Positions 50,728-59,880 are shown, counted from the stretch's first letter. The stretch: DNA of 64,000 nt from Micromonosporaceae bacterium (GCA_003543035.1 DPJL01000107.1:4470-68469), one strand, 5' to 3'. The notes: generated from the sequence alone by a model not told the origin. A program made the numbers and translations.

Positions 50728-52331
50728 CACGGCACCGCCCTTCGGCCCACATTGGTGCTGTCGGTGGTGCGCTGATGCCCGTCGCCGGCGGCGATCTTCG
50801 ACCCATACGGGGAGTCGGCCAGGATCGGTTGCAGCACAGTGGCGTTGGGGACCACGTCGGCGACCTTCACACCGGACATTTTCGCGCGGATCTGTTCGCG
50901 GTAGCCAACCGAGTTGTAGGCGCAGAACGGGATCAGCCTTCCGTCCGGGGTGATCTCTTCGACCCAGCATTTCATCAGCTGCCGGACGTTGAGGGTGTAC
51001 GGGTCCTGAAAGTCCTGAATCACGATCATGAAGGCTTGGTCGGTGAGGTTCGCGATCGCCTCGGGCAGGTTGACCCCACACGCGTCGGCGCAATCCAACG
51101 CCGCCGCTGCGGCGGCAAGTTTCTCATTCGTGGTGTCGGTGCCCATGAACGCCGACGCGGACCACAGCTTCTCCAGTGCCTCACGCACGGCGTAATCGGG
51201 CACCACCCGGTTGGACACGTAATCCAAATAGTCCTCGACATTGAGGAGCCTCGGGATGGGCACCAGGCCGAAGTCCGGTGTGCCGGGGGCGCCTTCGGTG
51301 AGCAGGTAGGTGATCGACCGGCAGGTCGGAAAACAGCACGGCACCGGGAAGAAATCCGAGGCGTTAAACCAGTCCGGCCGTTGCGCGGCGATGCCGTGGA
51401 TGATGTCGGAGTTGGTCAGCCGGGTCAGCGGATCAAACTCGATGTGCCGCCCGGAATGGGTCACCGGCTGGAACGACACCGACCGCACCGCCGGATGCCC
51501 GATGCCGAATTCGATGATGTCGCCGAGCTCGTGGGCGTTGAGATCCTTTTCGATCGCGGCGACGAGGGTGACGGTCAGCCCTGCTGCAGCGCAGTTGTCG
51601 AGCGCCTTCTGTTTGATTTGCCGAAGGTCGCGCCCGCGGATCTCACGGTGGGTGCGCTCGTCGAACCCGTCGAACTGCAGGTAGATGTTGACCCGGCGGC
51701 CTGGCTGATTTCGTTGCCCTAGCTGTGCCACGAACCGTTGATCGGTGGCCAGCCGGATGCCATTGGTGTTGAGATTGACCGCCCTGATCGGCCGGGCCTG
51801 CGCCAGATCAATGAACTCCAGGATGTGCTTGTGGATGGTGGGTTCCCCACCGGAGAACATGACCACCTCGGCTTCGCCCTCGCTGGCCACGAACACATCC
51901 AGCATCGCCGCGCACTGCTCGAGCGTGATGGAGTACCCGTCGGATTGATGCCCGGAATCGGCAAAGCAAATCGGGCAGTCCAGATTGCAGCCCGTGTTGA
52001 CCTCGATGATGCCCAAACAGGCATGCTGCTTGTGTTCCGGGCACAGCCCACAATCGGATGGGCAGCCGTCTTTGACCTCGGTTTGGAAGGTCAGCGGGAT
52101 CGTGCCCGGCTTGTTGAACCGCGCCGAGTCCAGGTACATCTGCGCGTCGCCGTACACCAATGCCTCGAATTGGCCGTGCTGCTTGCAGCGCTTGCGCAGA
52201 TACACTTTGCTGTCGCGGATGTTGACCTGCGCGTCAACCACCACCTTGCACACGGGGCAGATCGACTTGGTGAACTCGATGAACACCTCATCGCGGTCCT
52301 GCTTGACTCTCACCGGCTCCACCGCGGTCAC
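50727..52331 (-). CDS. MJ0619/Tes-family multi-cluster radical SAM enzyme
   Basis: CPVC...CKQHG, GCPSDCGLCPEH, CNLDCPIC, SGGEPT, YLQFDG, FQPV, PDGRLIPFCAYN. Confidence 0.85.
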   Translation of the reverse strand: MTAVEPVRVKQDRDEVFIEFTKSICPVCKVVVDAQVNIRDSKVYLRKRCKQHGQFEALVYGDAQMYLDSARFNKPGTIPLTFQTEVKDGCPSDCGLCPEHKQHACLGIIEVNTGCNLDCPICFADSGHQSDGYSITLEQCAAMLDVFVASEGEAEVVMFSGGEPTIHKHILEFIDLAQARPIRAVNLNTNGIRLATDQRFVAQLGQRNQPGRRVNIYLQFDGFDERTHREIRGRDLRQIKQKALDNCAAAGLTVTLVAAIEKDLNAHELGDIIEFGIGHPAVRSVSFQPVTHSGRHIEFDPLTRLTNSDIIHGIAAQRPDWFNASDFFPVPCCFPTCRSITYLLTEGAPGTPDFGLVPIPRLLNVEDYLDYVSNRVVPDYAVREALEKLWSASAFMGTDTTNEKLAAAAAALDCADACGVNLPEAIANLTDQAFMIVIQDFQDPYTLNVRQLMKCWVEEITPDGRLIPFCAYNSVGYREQIRAKMSGVKVADVVPNATVLQPILADSPYGSKIAAGDGHQRTTDSTNVGRRAVP

Positions 52332-52392
52332 CCGTGTCTCCCTTCCTCGACTGTGCCCGGCCCCCAGCTTCGCGATGGACCGGGAATCGTTC

Positions 52393-52408
52393 CGTGATCG
52401 CGCTTACG
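52393..52408. promoter_or_regulatory. Putative Crp-family box
   Basis: CGTGA-TCGCGC-TTACG between the radical SAM operon and the divergent DUF3179 gene. Confidence 0.45.
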
Positions 52409-52655
52409 TTACGGAGATAATGCTCGTCATCCGGTCAAAGAGACGTTGTGTAAGCGGGCGCACAGACCGGCACGATCCGCCAGGAGGACGCTGATCGGCG
52501 AGGGGGTGAGGCGTCGCCCCGTGCGCCCGCCCCCTCCCCGCCCCGCCGTTCGGTGACCCCGGCCAGCGCGCTGCGGCCGATGATGCCGATACCTTTTGCG
52601 CCCACCGTAAGAGCGGTCACAGTCTGGCCGCCGCCTGGCCGGTCAGACTGTCCGC

Positions 52656-53822
52656 ATGAGGGCAGTCACCGCCAGCGTCCTCGCCGCGCTCCTCACGCTC
52701 GCCGCATGCACAAGCCCGGGCAGCGACGAACCGTCCGCCAGGCCGGCGGCGTTGCCGCAGACCGCCTCCGGACCCAAGGAGGACGTGCCGTCAGCGCTGC
52801 GCAATATGCGTGATCCGGCGTTCCCGCCACCGCTGCTGGACCCCGGCGAGATCCGCTCGGGCGGACCACCACCCGACGGCATCCCCGCCATCGACAACCC
52901 GAAATTCCTGCGCGCCGCCGATGTCGGCTTCATGACCGACGCCGCAGCCATCCTGGTGCTCACCATCAAAGACGAGACTCGTGGGTACCCGATCCAGATC
53001 ATGACCTGGCATGAGATCGTCAACGACACCGTCGGCGGGACGCCGGTCGCCGTGACGTACTGCCCGCTGTGCAACTCCGGGGTGGCGTTCGAGCGGCAAG
53101 TCGGCGTTCGCATGCTGTCGTTTGGCACCTCCGGCCGGCTGTTCGCCGACAACCTGGTGATGTACGACCGGCAAACCGAGTCGCTATGGCCGCAGCTGAC
53201 CTTCACCGCGGCCATCGGCGTGCTGACCGGTACCAAGCTCGTCCCGCACGTGCTGCAAACCGTGTCCTGGAAGGAATTCCGGGCCGCACATCCGCAGGCA
53301 TGGGTGCTCTCGCAGGAGACCGGGTTCAACCGCAACTACGGGCGCAACCCGTATGCCGGCTACGACGATCCCGACGGACAGCTGCTGTTCCCGCTACCGG
53401 ACGCCGACCGGCGCGAGCGACTCAAGGAGCGGGTGATCGGAGTCGGCGACGGGCCATCGGCGGTCGCGGTGGTGCGCTCAGCCGTGGCGGCCGCTGGTGT
53501 GGTGCAGGTCAACGTGGAGGGCCGGGAGCTGGTCGTGTGGCATCGTCCTGGGCAGGCCTCCGCCTTGGATGACGACTCGGTGGGTACCGGCCCTGACATC
53601 GGCACCGTGGGTGTCTTCGAGACCACTTTGGACGGTCAGCGGCTGCACTTCACCCCGGTATCCGGCGGGTTCCGCGACACTGCGACCGGCTCCACCTGGG
53701 ATGTCCTGGGCCGCGCCACCGACGGCCCATTGGCCGGCAAGAGCCTGACCCCGTACCGGCATCTGGACACGTTCTGGTTCGCCTGGGTCGCGTTCCAACC
53801 CCAGACAAAGATCATCCGATGA
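52656..53822 (+). CDS. DUF3179 lipoprotein
   Basis: Lipobox LAAC; 'GGPPPDGIPAIDNP', 'WHEIVND', 'TYCPLCNSG', 'FWFAW'. Confidence 0.88.
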   Translation: MRAVTASVLAALLTLAACTSPGSDEPSARPAALPQTASGPKEDVPSALRNMRDPAFPPPLLDPGEIRSGGPPPDGIPAIDNPKFLRAADVGFMTDAAAILVLTIKDETRGYPIQIMTWHEIVNDTVGGTPVAVTYCPLCNSGVAFERQVGVRMLSFGTSGRLFADNLVMYDRQTESLWPQLTFTAAIGVLTGTKLVPHVLQTVSWKEFRAAHPQAWVLSQETGFNRNYGRNPYAGYDDPDGQLLFPLPDADRRERLKERVIGVGDGPSAVAVVRSAVAAAGVVQVNVEGRELVVWHRPGQASALDDDSVGTGPDIGTVGVFETTLDGQRLHFTPVSGGFRDTATGSTWDVLGRATDGPLAGKSLTPYRHLDTFWFAWVAFQPQTKIIR

Positions 53823-53876
53823 CGCGCTCTGATCCAGGCCACGTCACGAAAGGTCACCCGAGAAATTCTTCGCTAA

Positions 53877-53892
53877 CGTGAGCTGGCTCACC
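53877..53892. promoter_or_regulatory. Putative Crp-family box
   Basis: CGTGA-GCTGGC-TCACC, with the same spacer as the 48452 site. Confidence 0.65.
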
Positions 53893-53983
53893 GAAACTCA
53901 CCGCGCTCGTGCCGCACAGTGAGGCAACGGGCACGACAGACACCACAAGCCGTGCTCCACCCGGCGCACGAGGAGAAGTTTTG

Positions 53984-54520
53984 ATGAGCCGACGGTTCAG
54001 CCTATGGCCTGCCTTCCTGGCTGGCCTGCTGGTGCTGGGCGCGTGTGCCGGTCCAACCGCCCCCACCGACGACATCGGTGACCTTGCCCGCGACCGTGAC
54101 GCCGCGGCCGCAGCAGGCGAAGTGGACCTTGACTTCACCGTCGCCACTCTCGACGGCGGTACCTTCGACGGCAAAAGCCTCGCCGGCAAACCGGCCGTCC
54201 TGTGGTTCTGGGCACCCTGGTGCCCCACCTGCGCGGCTGAAGCACCCCACGTCGCGCAGGCCGCCACAACCTACCAGGGCAAGATCGTCATCGTCGGGGT
54301 AGCCGGGCTCGACGAGTTGTCGGCGATGCACCGCTTCGTCGAACTGACCAAAGTGGACAACATCCCGCACCTGGCCGACCAGCAGGGTGTCGTCTGGAAA
54401 CGCTTCGGAGTGACCGCACAAAGCACCTATGTGCTTTTGGACGCTACCGGCGCCGTCGTGTACCGCGGCTACCTCAGCAACAACGAGCTGGACCGTAGGC
54501 TCACCGGGCTAGCGGGCTAG
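53984..54520 (+). CDS. DsbE/DsbF (TlpA-like) thiol-disulfide oxidoreductase lipoprotein
   Basis: Lipobox LGAC; 'GKPAVLWFWAPWCPTC..EAP', 'GVAGLD'. Confidence 0.88.
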   Translation: MSRRFSLWPAFLAGLLVLGACAGPTAPTDDIGDLARDRDAAAAAGEVDLDFTVATLDGGTFDGKSLAGKPAVLWFWAPWCPTCAAEAPHVAQAATTYQGKIVIVGVAGLDELSAMHRFVELTKVDNIPHLADQQGVVWKRFGVTAQSTYVLLDATGAVVYRGYLSNNELDRRLTGLAG

Positions 54521-54529
54521 CGGGCTGAC

Positions 54530-55390
54530 ATGGCCGACGCGCCGTTCGGGCTCGCCGTGGCCGCCGGGATGCTCGCCGCGGTCAACCCCTGCGGATTCGC
54601 CTTGTTACCCGCGTACCTGTCCCTGCTCGTCACCGGCGACGACACACCGGGCCGCGGGAGGGCGGTCGCACGTGCTCTGGGCGCGACCGCAGCGATGACC
54701 GCCGGCTTCGCCGCTGTATTCGGCGCCTTCGGTCTGCTGATCACCCCGATCGCCAGCCAGGTCCAACAACATCTGCCCTGGGTCACCATCGGCATCGGCC
54801 TCGCCCTGGTCGCGCTCGGCGGTTGGCTTGTGGCCGGACGTAACCTGCCCGGAATGCGCCTGCCTAGCCTGGGCGGACCTGCGGTCACCCGGACCGCGGC
54901 GTCGATGGCGGGCTTCGGCGCCGCCTACGCAGTCGCGTCGCTGAGCTGCACCATCGGGCCTTTCCTGGCCATCGTGGTGACCAGTTTCCGCGCTGGTTCC
55001 ATTGTGGAAGGTGTGGGGCTGTTCATCGCCTACGCCGCGGGGATGGGGTTGACTGTGGCCGCCGCCGCGCTCGCGGTGGCGCTGGCCCGCGACACACTGG
55101 TCGGCAGGTTACGTCGAGCCGGTCCGCTGTTTTCTCGGCTCGGCGGAGTGCTGCTACTCGTCGCCGGCGGCTACGTGGCCTACTACGGCTGGTGGGAAAC
55201 CCGGATCCGCGCTGGCGCTACCGCAGCTGATCCGATCATCGACACGGCAGGTTCGCTGCAGCGGTGGCTTGCCAACGGCCTCGACCAGGCTGGCATCGCC
55301 GTCGTTGCGGCGGTGTTCGCCGTGCTGCTAGCCGGAAGTCTTGCCGTCGCGTGGGCCACCCGGCGCCACCGGTCTGCTGTGGACCGTTGA
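54530..55390 (+). CDS. CcdA/DsbD-beta family membrane electron transporter
   Basis: 'NPCGFALLPAY' and 'SLSCTIGPF' cysteine pair. Confidence 0.88.
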   Translation: MADAPFGLAVAAGMLAAVNPCGFALLPAYLSLLVTGDDTPGRGRAVARALGATAAMTAGFAAVFGAFGLLITPIASQVQQHLPWVTIGIGLALVALGGWLVAGRNLPGMRLPSLGGPAVTRTAASMAGFGAAYAVASLSCTIGPFLAIVVTSFRAGSIVEGVGLFIAYAAGMGLTVAAAALAVALARDTLVGRLRRAGPLFSRLGGVLLLVAGGYVAYYGWWETRIRAGATAADPIIDTAGSLQRWLANGLDQAGIAVVAAVFAVLLAGSLAVAWATRRHRSAVDR

Positions 55391-55406
55391 CCATTCGCGT
55401 CAGCAC

Positions 55407-55892
55407 TTACTCTTTGGGTCGCTCCTTGATACCGGCGGCGAGGAGGTCGACCACGACGGCGATGCGTTTGGCTCGAAGATCCGGGCGGCGCTTCGTCGCG
55501 TCGATCCACCGTAAATAGGCACGCCGGTAGAACTGGGCAAGCGAGTCGAAGAACGCTCCTGCTCGCGCGTTGGCGTCCAGGGCGGCGGCAATGTCAGGTG
55601 CCAGATCGCCGCGTTGTGGCCCCTCCGGCACGACGATGACCTCCACCTGTTCCCCGACGTCAAGGCCGCAGTCTGCCAGCCATGCCGGCCCCAGGGTGAA
55701 ACCGATCGAGTCACTGTGCCGCTCGATCACAGCCCGCAGGCCCATGCCGTTGATGGTTCCGGTCACGTGGTGCTGCTGTTTGGGCTGCCACACCGAGTCC
55801 GGATCGAACGGGGTGGGAACGAATACACGTCCCCGCCCACCGTCACGCACCGTCGTGCTGAATCGCTGCGACTGCACGCCTGATCCTCGCAT
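55407..55892 (-). CDS. DUF1905 / YdeI-OmpD-associated protein
   Basis: 'HVTGTING', 'DIAAALDAN..A.AFFDSLAQFYRRAYLRWIDATKRRP..RAKRI'. Confidence 0.8.
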   Translation of the reverse strand: MRGSGVQSQRFSTTVRDGGRGRVFVPTPFDPDSVWQPKQQHHVTGTINGMGLRAVIERHSDSIGFTLGPAWLADCGLDVGEQVEVIVVPEGPQRGDLAPDIAAALDANARAGAFFDSLAQFYRRAYLRWIDATKRRPDLRAKRIAVVVDLLAAGIKERPKE

Positions 55893-55912
55893 ATCAGAAT
55901 CTCTATCGACGA

Positions 55913-56572
55913 TCAGTGTGCGTGGCTGAGCCAGGCGTTGGCGATTTCGCGGGCGACGGTGAAACCCTCCGGCAGGGAAAGGATTTCGATGTCGTGGCGG
56001 CCGGTGGCCCACTGTTGGGCTTGGCCGCGCGTGGGGAACAGGAAGCTGTGATGGCAGAAGCTGGCCCAGATTCCCGTTTTCGTGCTCATATCGGCCTGAT
56101 CGTTGCCGCGCAGCGGCCAGGTGATGACCGACTCGGCAGGACGCAGGTTGGTGACACCGTCCGGGCCGGCCTTCAGGCGCACAATCTCGTGTGTGCCAGG
56201 CGCTGTTGATTCCACCATGATGGGCCGGTCCAACACGATCGGGAAGAACAGTGTGTCCATCGCACACCACGCATAAGCCACCGTGTCACCGATGGTGATC
56301 TGGTGCGCGGTCTTGTTCAAGCTGATGCCCAGTCCGACGATGTCACCGTCGTCGTTGCGTTCGGTCCATGCCTGCAGCAGCTGATGCGCCTGCTCAGAGT
56401 CGGCACCCAACTCACGTATCAGTTGGGTGGCTCGAGTGGGCGTGACCGGCCGGCCTTGGGCCAGCAGGTGCATCATCCGCAGGACCAGGCGGGTGCGGTC
56501 AGGGCCGAAGTTCAGTGCTCCACCAAGCTTGGTCAGCTCGTGGGTGGATTGGGTGAGTCGTGTGGTAGCCAT
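55913..56572 (-). CDS. merB: Organomercurial lyase
   Basis: 'YAWCAMDTL' (catalytic Cys and Asp) and 'SFCHH' (second Cys); RBS GGAGG. Confidence 0.85.
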   Translation of the reverse strand: MATTRLTQSTHELTKLGGALNFGPDRTRLVLRMMHLLAQGRPVTPTRATQLIRELGADSEQAHQLLQAWTERNDDGDIVGLGISLNKTAHQITIGDTVAYAWCAMDTLFFPIVLDRPIMVESTAPGTHEIVRLKAGPDGVTNLRPAESVITWPLRGNDQADMSTKTGIWASFCHHSFLFPTRGQAQQWATGRHDIEILSLPEGFTVAREIANAWLSHAH

Positions 56573-56994
56573 CGATGTACCTCCGTATCTTCGACGGGTG
56601 CCTCATCACGACCGTAGGGTCTGCCACCGGGGGTAGGGTCAAGCACATTGGGGCGTTCGGTGGTGAAGTCGTCGATGCGCTGGCGGACTTGGCGCAGGGC
56701 ATCGATCCGGGCGGTGATACGGGTGCGGGCGGCGTTCAGCATGCGGGAAAGGTGCGGGCCGATCGGCTGGCCGGGCTGATCGTTGTGGATGGAAGCCAGC
56801 TTGGCGATTTCCGTTTCGGTGAGCCCGAGTGAGCGAAGCGACTGGATTCCGCGCACGCAGCCCAATGCGGACTCGTCGAACAGCCGGTAGCCGGAACTGC
56901 TACGCCCTAAGGTGTAGACCAGGCCCATGCCTTCGTAGCGGCGCAATGTCTTGATCGCCATGCCGGTTCGCTGCGACAGCTGGCCGATCGTCAT
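56533..56994 (-). CDS. MerR-family transcriptional regulator
   Basis: 'MTIGQLSQRTG..IKTLRRYE.MGL...GRSSSGYRLF'. Confidence 0.88.
   Translation of the reverse strand: MTIGQLSQRTGMAIKTLRRYEGMGLVYTLGRSSSGYRLFDESALGCVRGIQSLRSLGLTETEIAKLASIHNDQPGQPIGPHLSRMLNAARTRITARIDALRQVRQRIDDFTTERPNVLDPTPGGRPYGRDEAPVEDTEVHRWLPHDSPNPPTS
56611..56642 (-). promoter_or_regulatory. MerR-type promoter/operator for merB
   Basis: TTGACC-20 nt-TACGGT with the imperfect dyad CTACCCCCGGTGGCAG in the spacer. Confidence 0.7.
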
Positions 56995-57090
56995 CACCTC
57001 ACCGGCGTGGGAGTGGGTGGCTGGTGGTGGGGTGGCGCAGTGCCAGATCACGGTCTCTGACTGACGGGTACCCATATCGAATGCTCCCGA

Positions 57091-58500
57091 TCAAACGGCG
57101 CAGCAGGACAGTTTGGACACGTCGCGGGTGAAGGTTTGCGCGGCCAGCTTCAGCGCCTCGCTCATGGTCAGATACGGCGACCACAGGGTGGCCAGCTGCT
57201 CGACGGTCATTCCGGCCGCCAGCAGATACACACCGGCCGCAGCAATCTCTCCCGCGGCGTCGGCCACGGCGTGCACACCGAGTAGGCGGCCGGTGTCGGC
57301 GTCGGCGACGAGTTTGACCATTCCGCGGGTGTCGCGGTTGACGATCGCCCGGGGCACGGCATCCAGGGGCAGCACCCGGCTATCGCAGCGGTATCCGGCC
57401 GCTATTGCCTGGGCTTCGGTGAGACCGGCGGCGGCGACGGCCGGGCTGGTGAAGGTCACCCGGGGCAGATGCGCGTAATCCACCGTGCGCCCGGCATCGC
57501 CCAGGGCGTTGTCGGCGGCGATCGAGCCGTGCGCGGCGGCGACATAGACGAACTGCGGCGCGCCGGTCGCGTCCCCGGCGGCGAAGATACGCGGATTGCC
57601 GGTGCGCAACTGCTCATCGGTGACGATCTCACCCTTGGAGCCGACCTTGACTCCGACCGTGTCCAGGCCGAGCCCGCTCGTCACAGGGTGGCGCCCGGTG
57701 GCCACTAGCAGCTGGTCCGCCCGCAGTTTGATGTCGCCGATGGTGGCGACAATGTGGTCCCGTTCGCGGCGCACCGCAGTGACCTGGGCGCTGGTGTGCA
57801 CGCCGATGCCCTCGTCTATGAAGACCTGCTCGATGGCGGCGGAGGCTTGTGGCTCCTCGAACGGCGCCAACCGGTCCAGGGCCTCCACGATGGTGACCCT
57901 GGTGCCCAGGTGGGCGAAAAGCTGGCCCAGCTCCAATCCGATCGCGTTGCCGCCGATCACGAGCATCGACTCGGGCAACGCGTCGAGGGCCATCGCGGTC
58001 GTCGAGGTCAGGTAGCCGATCGCAGCGAGACCGTCGATCGGCGGTGTCCACGGCGCTGACCCTGTGGCCACCACATAACGCTCCGCCTCGATCCGGGCGT
58101 TTCCGCCGCCGGTCAGGGCGACATCAAGCACAAGACCGGCCTGGCTGTTGGTGAAACGGGCTGTGCCGGAGACGATCTCCCAACCGTATTCGGCGGCCAA
58201 ATCGACATACTTGCCTGTCCGCATTGCCTCGACCAGATGATCCTTTCCGGCGATCAGCTCGCTGAACGCCACCGCCGGGCCGGTGGCCGCCAAGCCTGGG
58301 AAGCGCCCGGCCGACATGGCCACGTGCCGGGCCTCGGCCGCGGCCAGCAGCGCTTTGGACGGCACGCAGCCGGTGTTCACACACGTGCCACCCGGCACAC
58401 TCTTCTCCACCATCACCACCGAGGCGTTCAGGCGCCGGGCGGTGATGGCAGCGGCGAACGCCGCCGCTCCCGAACCGATGATCGCCATGTCGTACCGCAT
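57091..58500 (-). CDS. merA: Mercuric reductase (no NmerA domain)
   Basis: GGTCVNTGCVPSK, FVYVAA, PYLTMSE, C-terminal LSCCA. Confidence 0.93.
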   Translation of the reverse strand: MRYDMAIIGSGAAAFAAAITARRLNASVVMVEKSVPGGTCVNTGCVPSKALLAAAEARHVAMSAGRFPGLAATGPAVAFSELIAGKDHLVEAMRTGKYVDLAAEYGWEIVSGTARFTNSQAGLVLDVALTGGGNARIEAERYVVATGSAPWTPPIDGLAAIGYLTSTTAMALDALPESMLVIGGNAIGLELGQLFAHLGTRVTIVEALDRLAPFEEPQASAAIEQVFIDEGIGVHTSAQVTAVRRERDHIVATIGDIKLRADQLLVATGRHPVTSGLGLDTVGVKVGSKGEIVTDEQLRTGNPRIFAAGDATGAPQFVYVAAAHGSIAADNALGDAGRTVDYAHLPRVTFTSPAVAAAGLTEAQAIAAGYRCDSRVLPLDAVPRAIVNRDTRGMVKLVADADTGRLLGVHAVADAAGEIAAAGVYLLAAGMTVEQLATLWSPYLTMSEALKLAAQTFTRDVSKLSCCAV

Positions 58501-58531
58501 AAAGGCCCTCCAGCCTGCGACCGCAGCCAAT

Positions 58532-58585
58532 GTATCCGGCTTGCCAGATACGTCTGAGGCCCATAGTATCCGCTTAAGCAGATAT
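58532..58585. promoter_or_regulatory. Two inverted-repeat operators between merA and the ArsR-type regulator
   Basis: GTATCCGGCTTGCCAGATAC (58532-58551) and GTATCCGCTTAAGCAGATAT (58566-58585). Confidence 0.7.
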
Positions 58586-58600
58586 GTTCGAGGAGGCCGA

Positions 58601-58972
58601 ATGATGACCACGACAGCCGATCGGGTGCGGCTGCTGCCGTCGCAGGTCGAAGGCGTGGGAGTGGTGGCCAGGTTCTTCCGCGCCCTGGCCGACCCGACCC
58701 GGCTCCGGCTACTGGAGTTCCTGCTCGATGGCGAACACACCGTCACCGAATGCGTCGCCTATATCGGCCTGTCCCAAGGCCGCGTCTCCACACACCTGTC
58801 CTGCCTGGCCGACTGTGGTTACGTGCAGGTGCGCCGCGCCGGCCGCAACGCCTTCTACCAGGTCGCCGACCCGCGCGTGGCCGACCTGGTGATGCTCGCC
58901 CACGCCCTGGCCGCCGACAACTGCGCCGCCCTGACCGAATGCCAGCGCATCGACACACCAGGGCAGGAGTGA
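58601..58972 (+). CDS. ArsR/SmtB-family repressor (Streptomyces-type mer regulator)
   Basis: 'ARFFRALADPTRL', 'RVSTHLSCLADCGY', 'DPRVADLVMLA..LAADN'; divergent from merA. Confidence 0.88.
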   Translation: MMTTTADRVRLLPSQVEGVGVVARFFRALADPTRLRLLEFLLDGEHTVTECVAYIGLSQGRVSTHLSCLADCGYVQVRRAGRNAFYQVADPRVADLVMLAHALAADNCAALTECQRIDTPGQE

Positions 58973-58978
58973 GCCGGC

Positions 58979-59257
58979 GTGCACACCCGAAGAGGCTCTG
59001 TGCTGGGCATGATCGCCGCGTTGGCCGCGTGCTGCACCATTCACCTGATCATCCTCGCCGGTGGCGTCGGCGCCGCCACCGGAATCCTCGGTGGCTGGCT
59101 ACGCAGCCCCTACCTCATCATCGGCGGGCTGCTCCTGCTCACGATCGCCCTGGGTGTGCTGGTCATCAACCGCACTCGCCCCGGCGACGCCGGCTGCTGC
59201 CCGCCAGAGGAAGGCAACATGCCCGTCACCGTGCGCGATGAGCCAACCTCACCATAA
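58979..59257 (+). CDS. Small two-TM protein with two CC pairs (MerF/MerT-like Hg transporter)
   Basis: 'LAACCTIH' in the first TM segment and 'GCCPP' in the tail; directly downstream of the regulator. Confidence 0.6.
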   Translation: MHTRRGSVLGMIAALAACCTIHLIILAGGVGAATGILGGWLRSPYLIIGGLLLLTIALGVLVINRTRPGDAGCCPPEEGNMPVTVRDEPTSP

Positions 59258-59412
59258 GCATCTTCAACAGGTGCCCCAATTGCGGCTGGACGCCACCGTA
59301 GATCGGCGTGCCGACACGCCATGCGACGAAGGCCGCCATCGCAAGACACCAGCCCGAAGACCGACGAGTTACGTAAGCGCCGTCACGGAACGCCGCAGCC
59401 CGGATCCGTAGC

Positions 59413-59880
59413 GTGGCTTGTGTGGTGTTACGGATCATCCTGGGTGCCTTGTACGCCGCGATGGCCGTCGGGCAACTGGCGTCGTGGCAGGCAATGCCCG
59501 ACGTTCTCGGTGCTTATCAAGGGGTACCCAATGAAATGTTGCCGTGGTTTGCGGCTGCGCTCATTGGCGCGGAGTTCGTAGCAGGGGCATGGTTCTTGGC
59601 CCTGCCGCGTTCACAGATGCTGGCACCGGTGTGGATCTACACGGCAGTGGCCGTCGTCTGGACGGTGCTAGGCGCCCAGGCGTATGCGCGCGGGCTTGCG
59701 GTCGATAACTGCGGCTGCTTCGGCGTGTACCTGACCCAGCGGCTGACCTGGTTCACGCTGGTGCAAGACGGTCTACTGCTGCTCTACGCGGCGCTGATGA
59801 TTCGTGGCGGTCTTCGCGCCCGCGCCACCCAGCCCATGACGCTGATCAGCCAACCAGCTAAGGAGACAGCAGGAGCATGA
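59413..59880 (+). CDS. MauE/DoxX-family redox-associated membrane protein
   Basis: 'RGLAVDNCGCFG' motif; hydrophobic segments. Confidence 0.78.
   Translation: MACVVLRIILGALYAAMAVGQLASWQAMPDVLGAYQGVPNEMLPWFAAALIGAEFVAGAWFLALPRSQMLAPVWIYTAVAVVWTVLGAQAYARGLAVDNCGCFGVYLTQRLTWFTLVQDGLLLLYAALMIRGGLRARATQPMTLISQPAKETAGA

Noticed and set aside
49927..54520. Possible selenocysteine (UGA) recoding in the radical SAM, methyltransferase, DUF3179 or DsbF-like genes
   Set aside because: The redox motifs are encoded as Cys and the ORFs are uninterrupted.
54506..54528. Short GGGCTAGC tandem repeat at the dsbF/ccdA junction
   Set aside because: Too short; most likely a slippage duplication.
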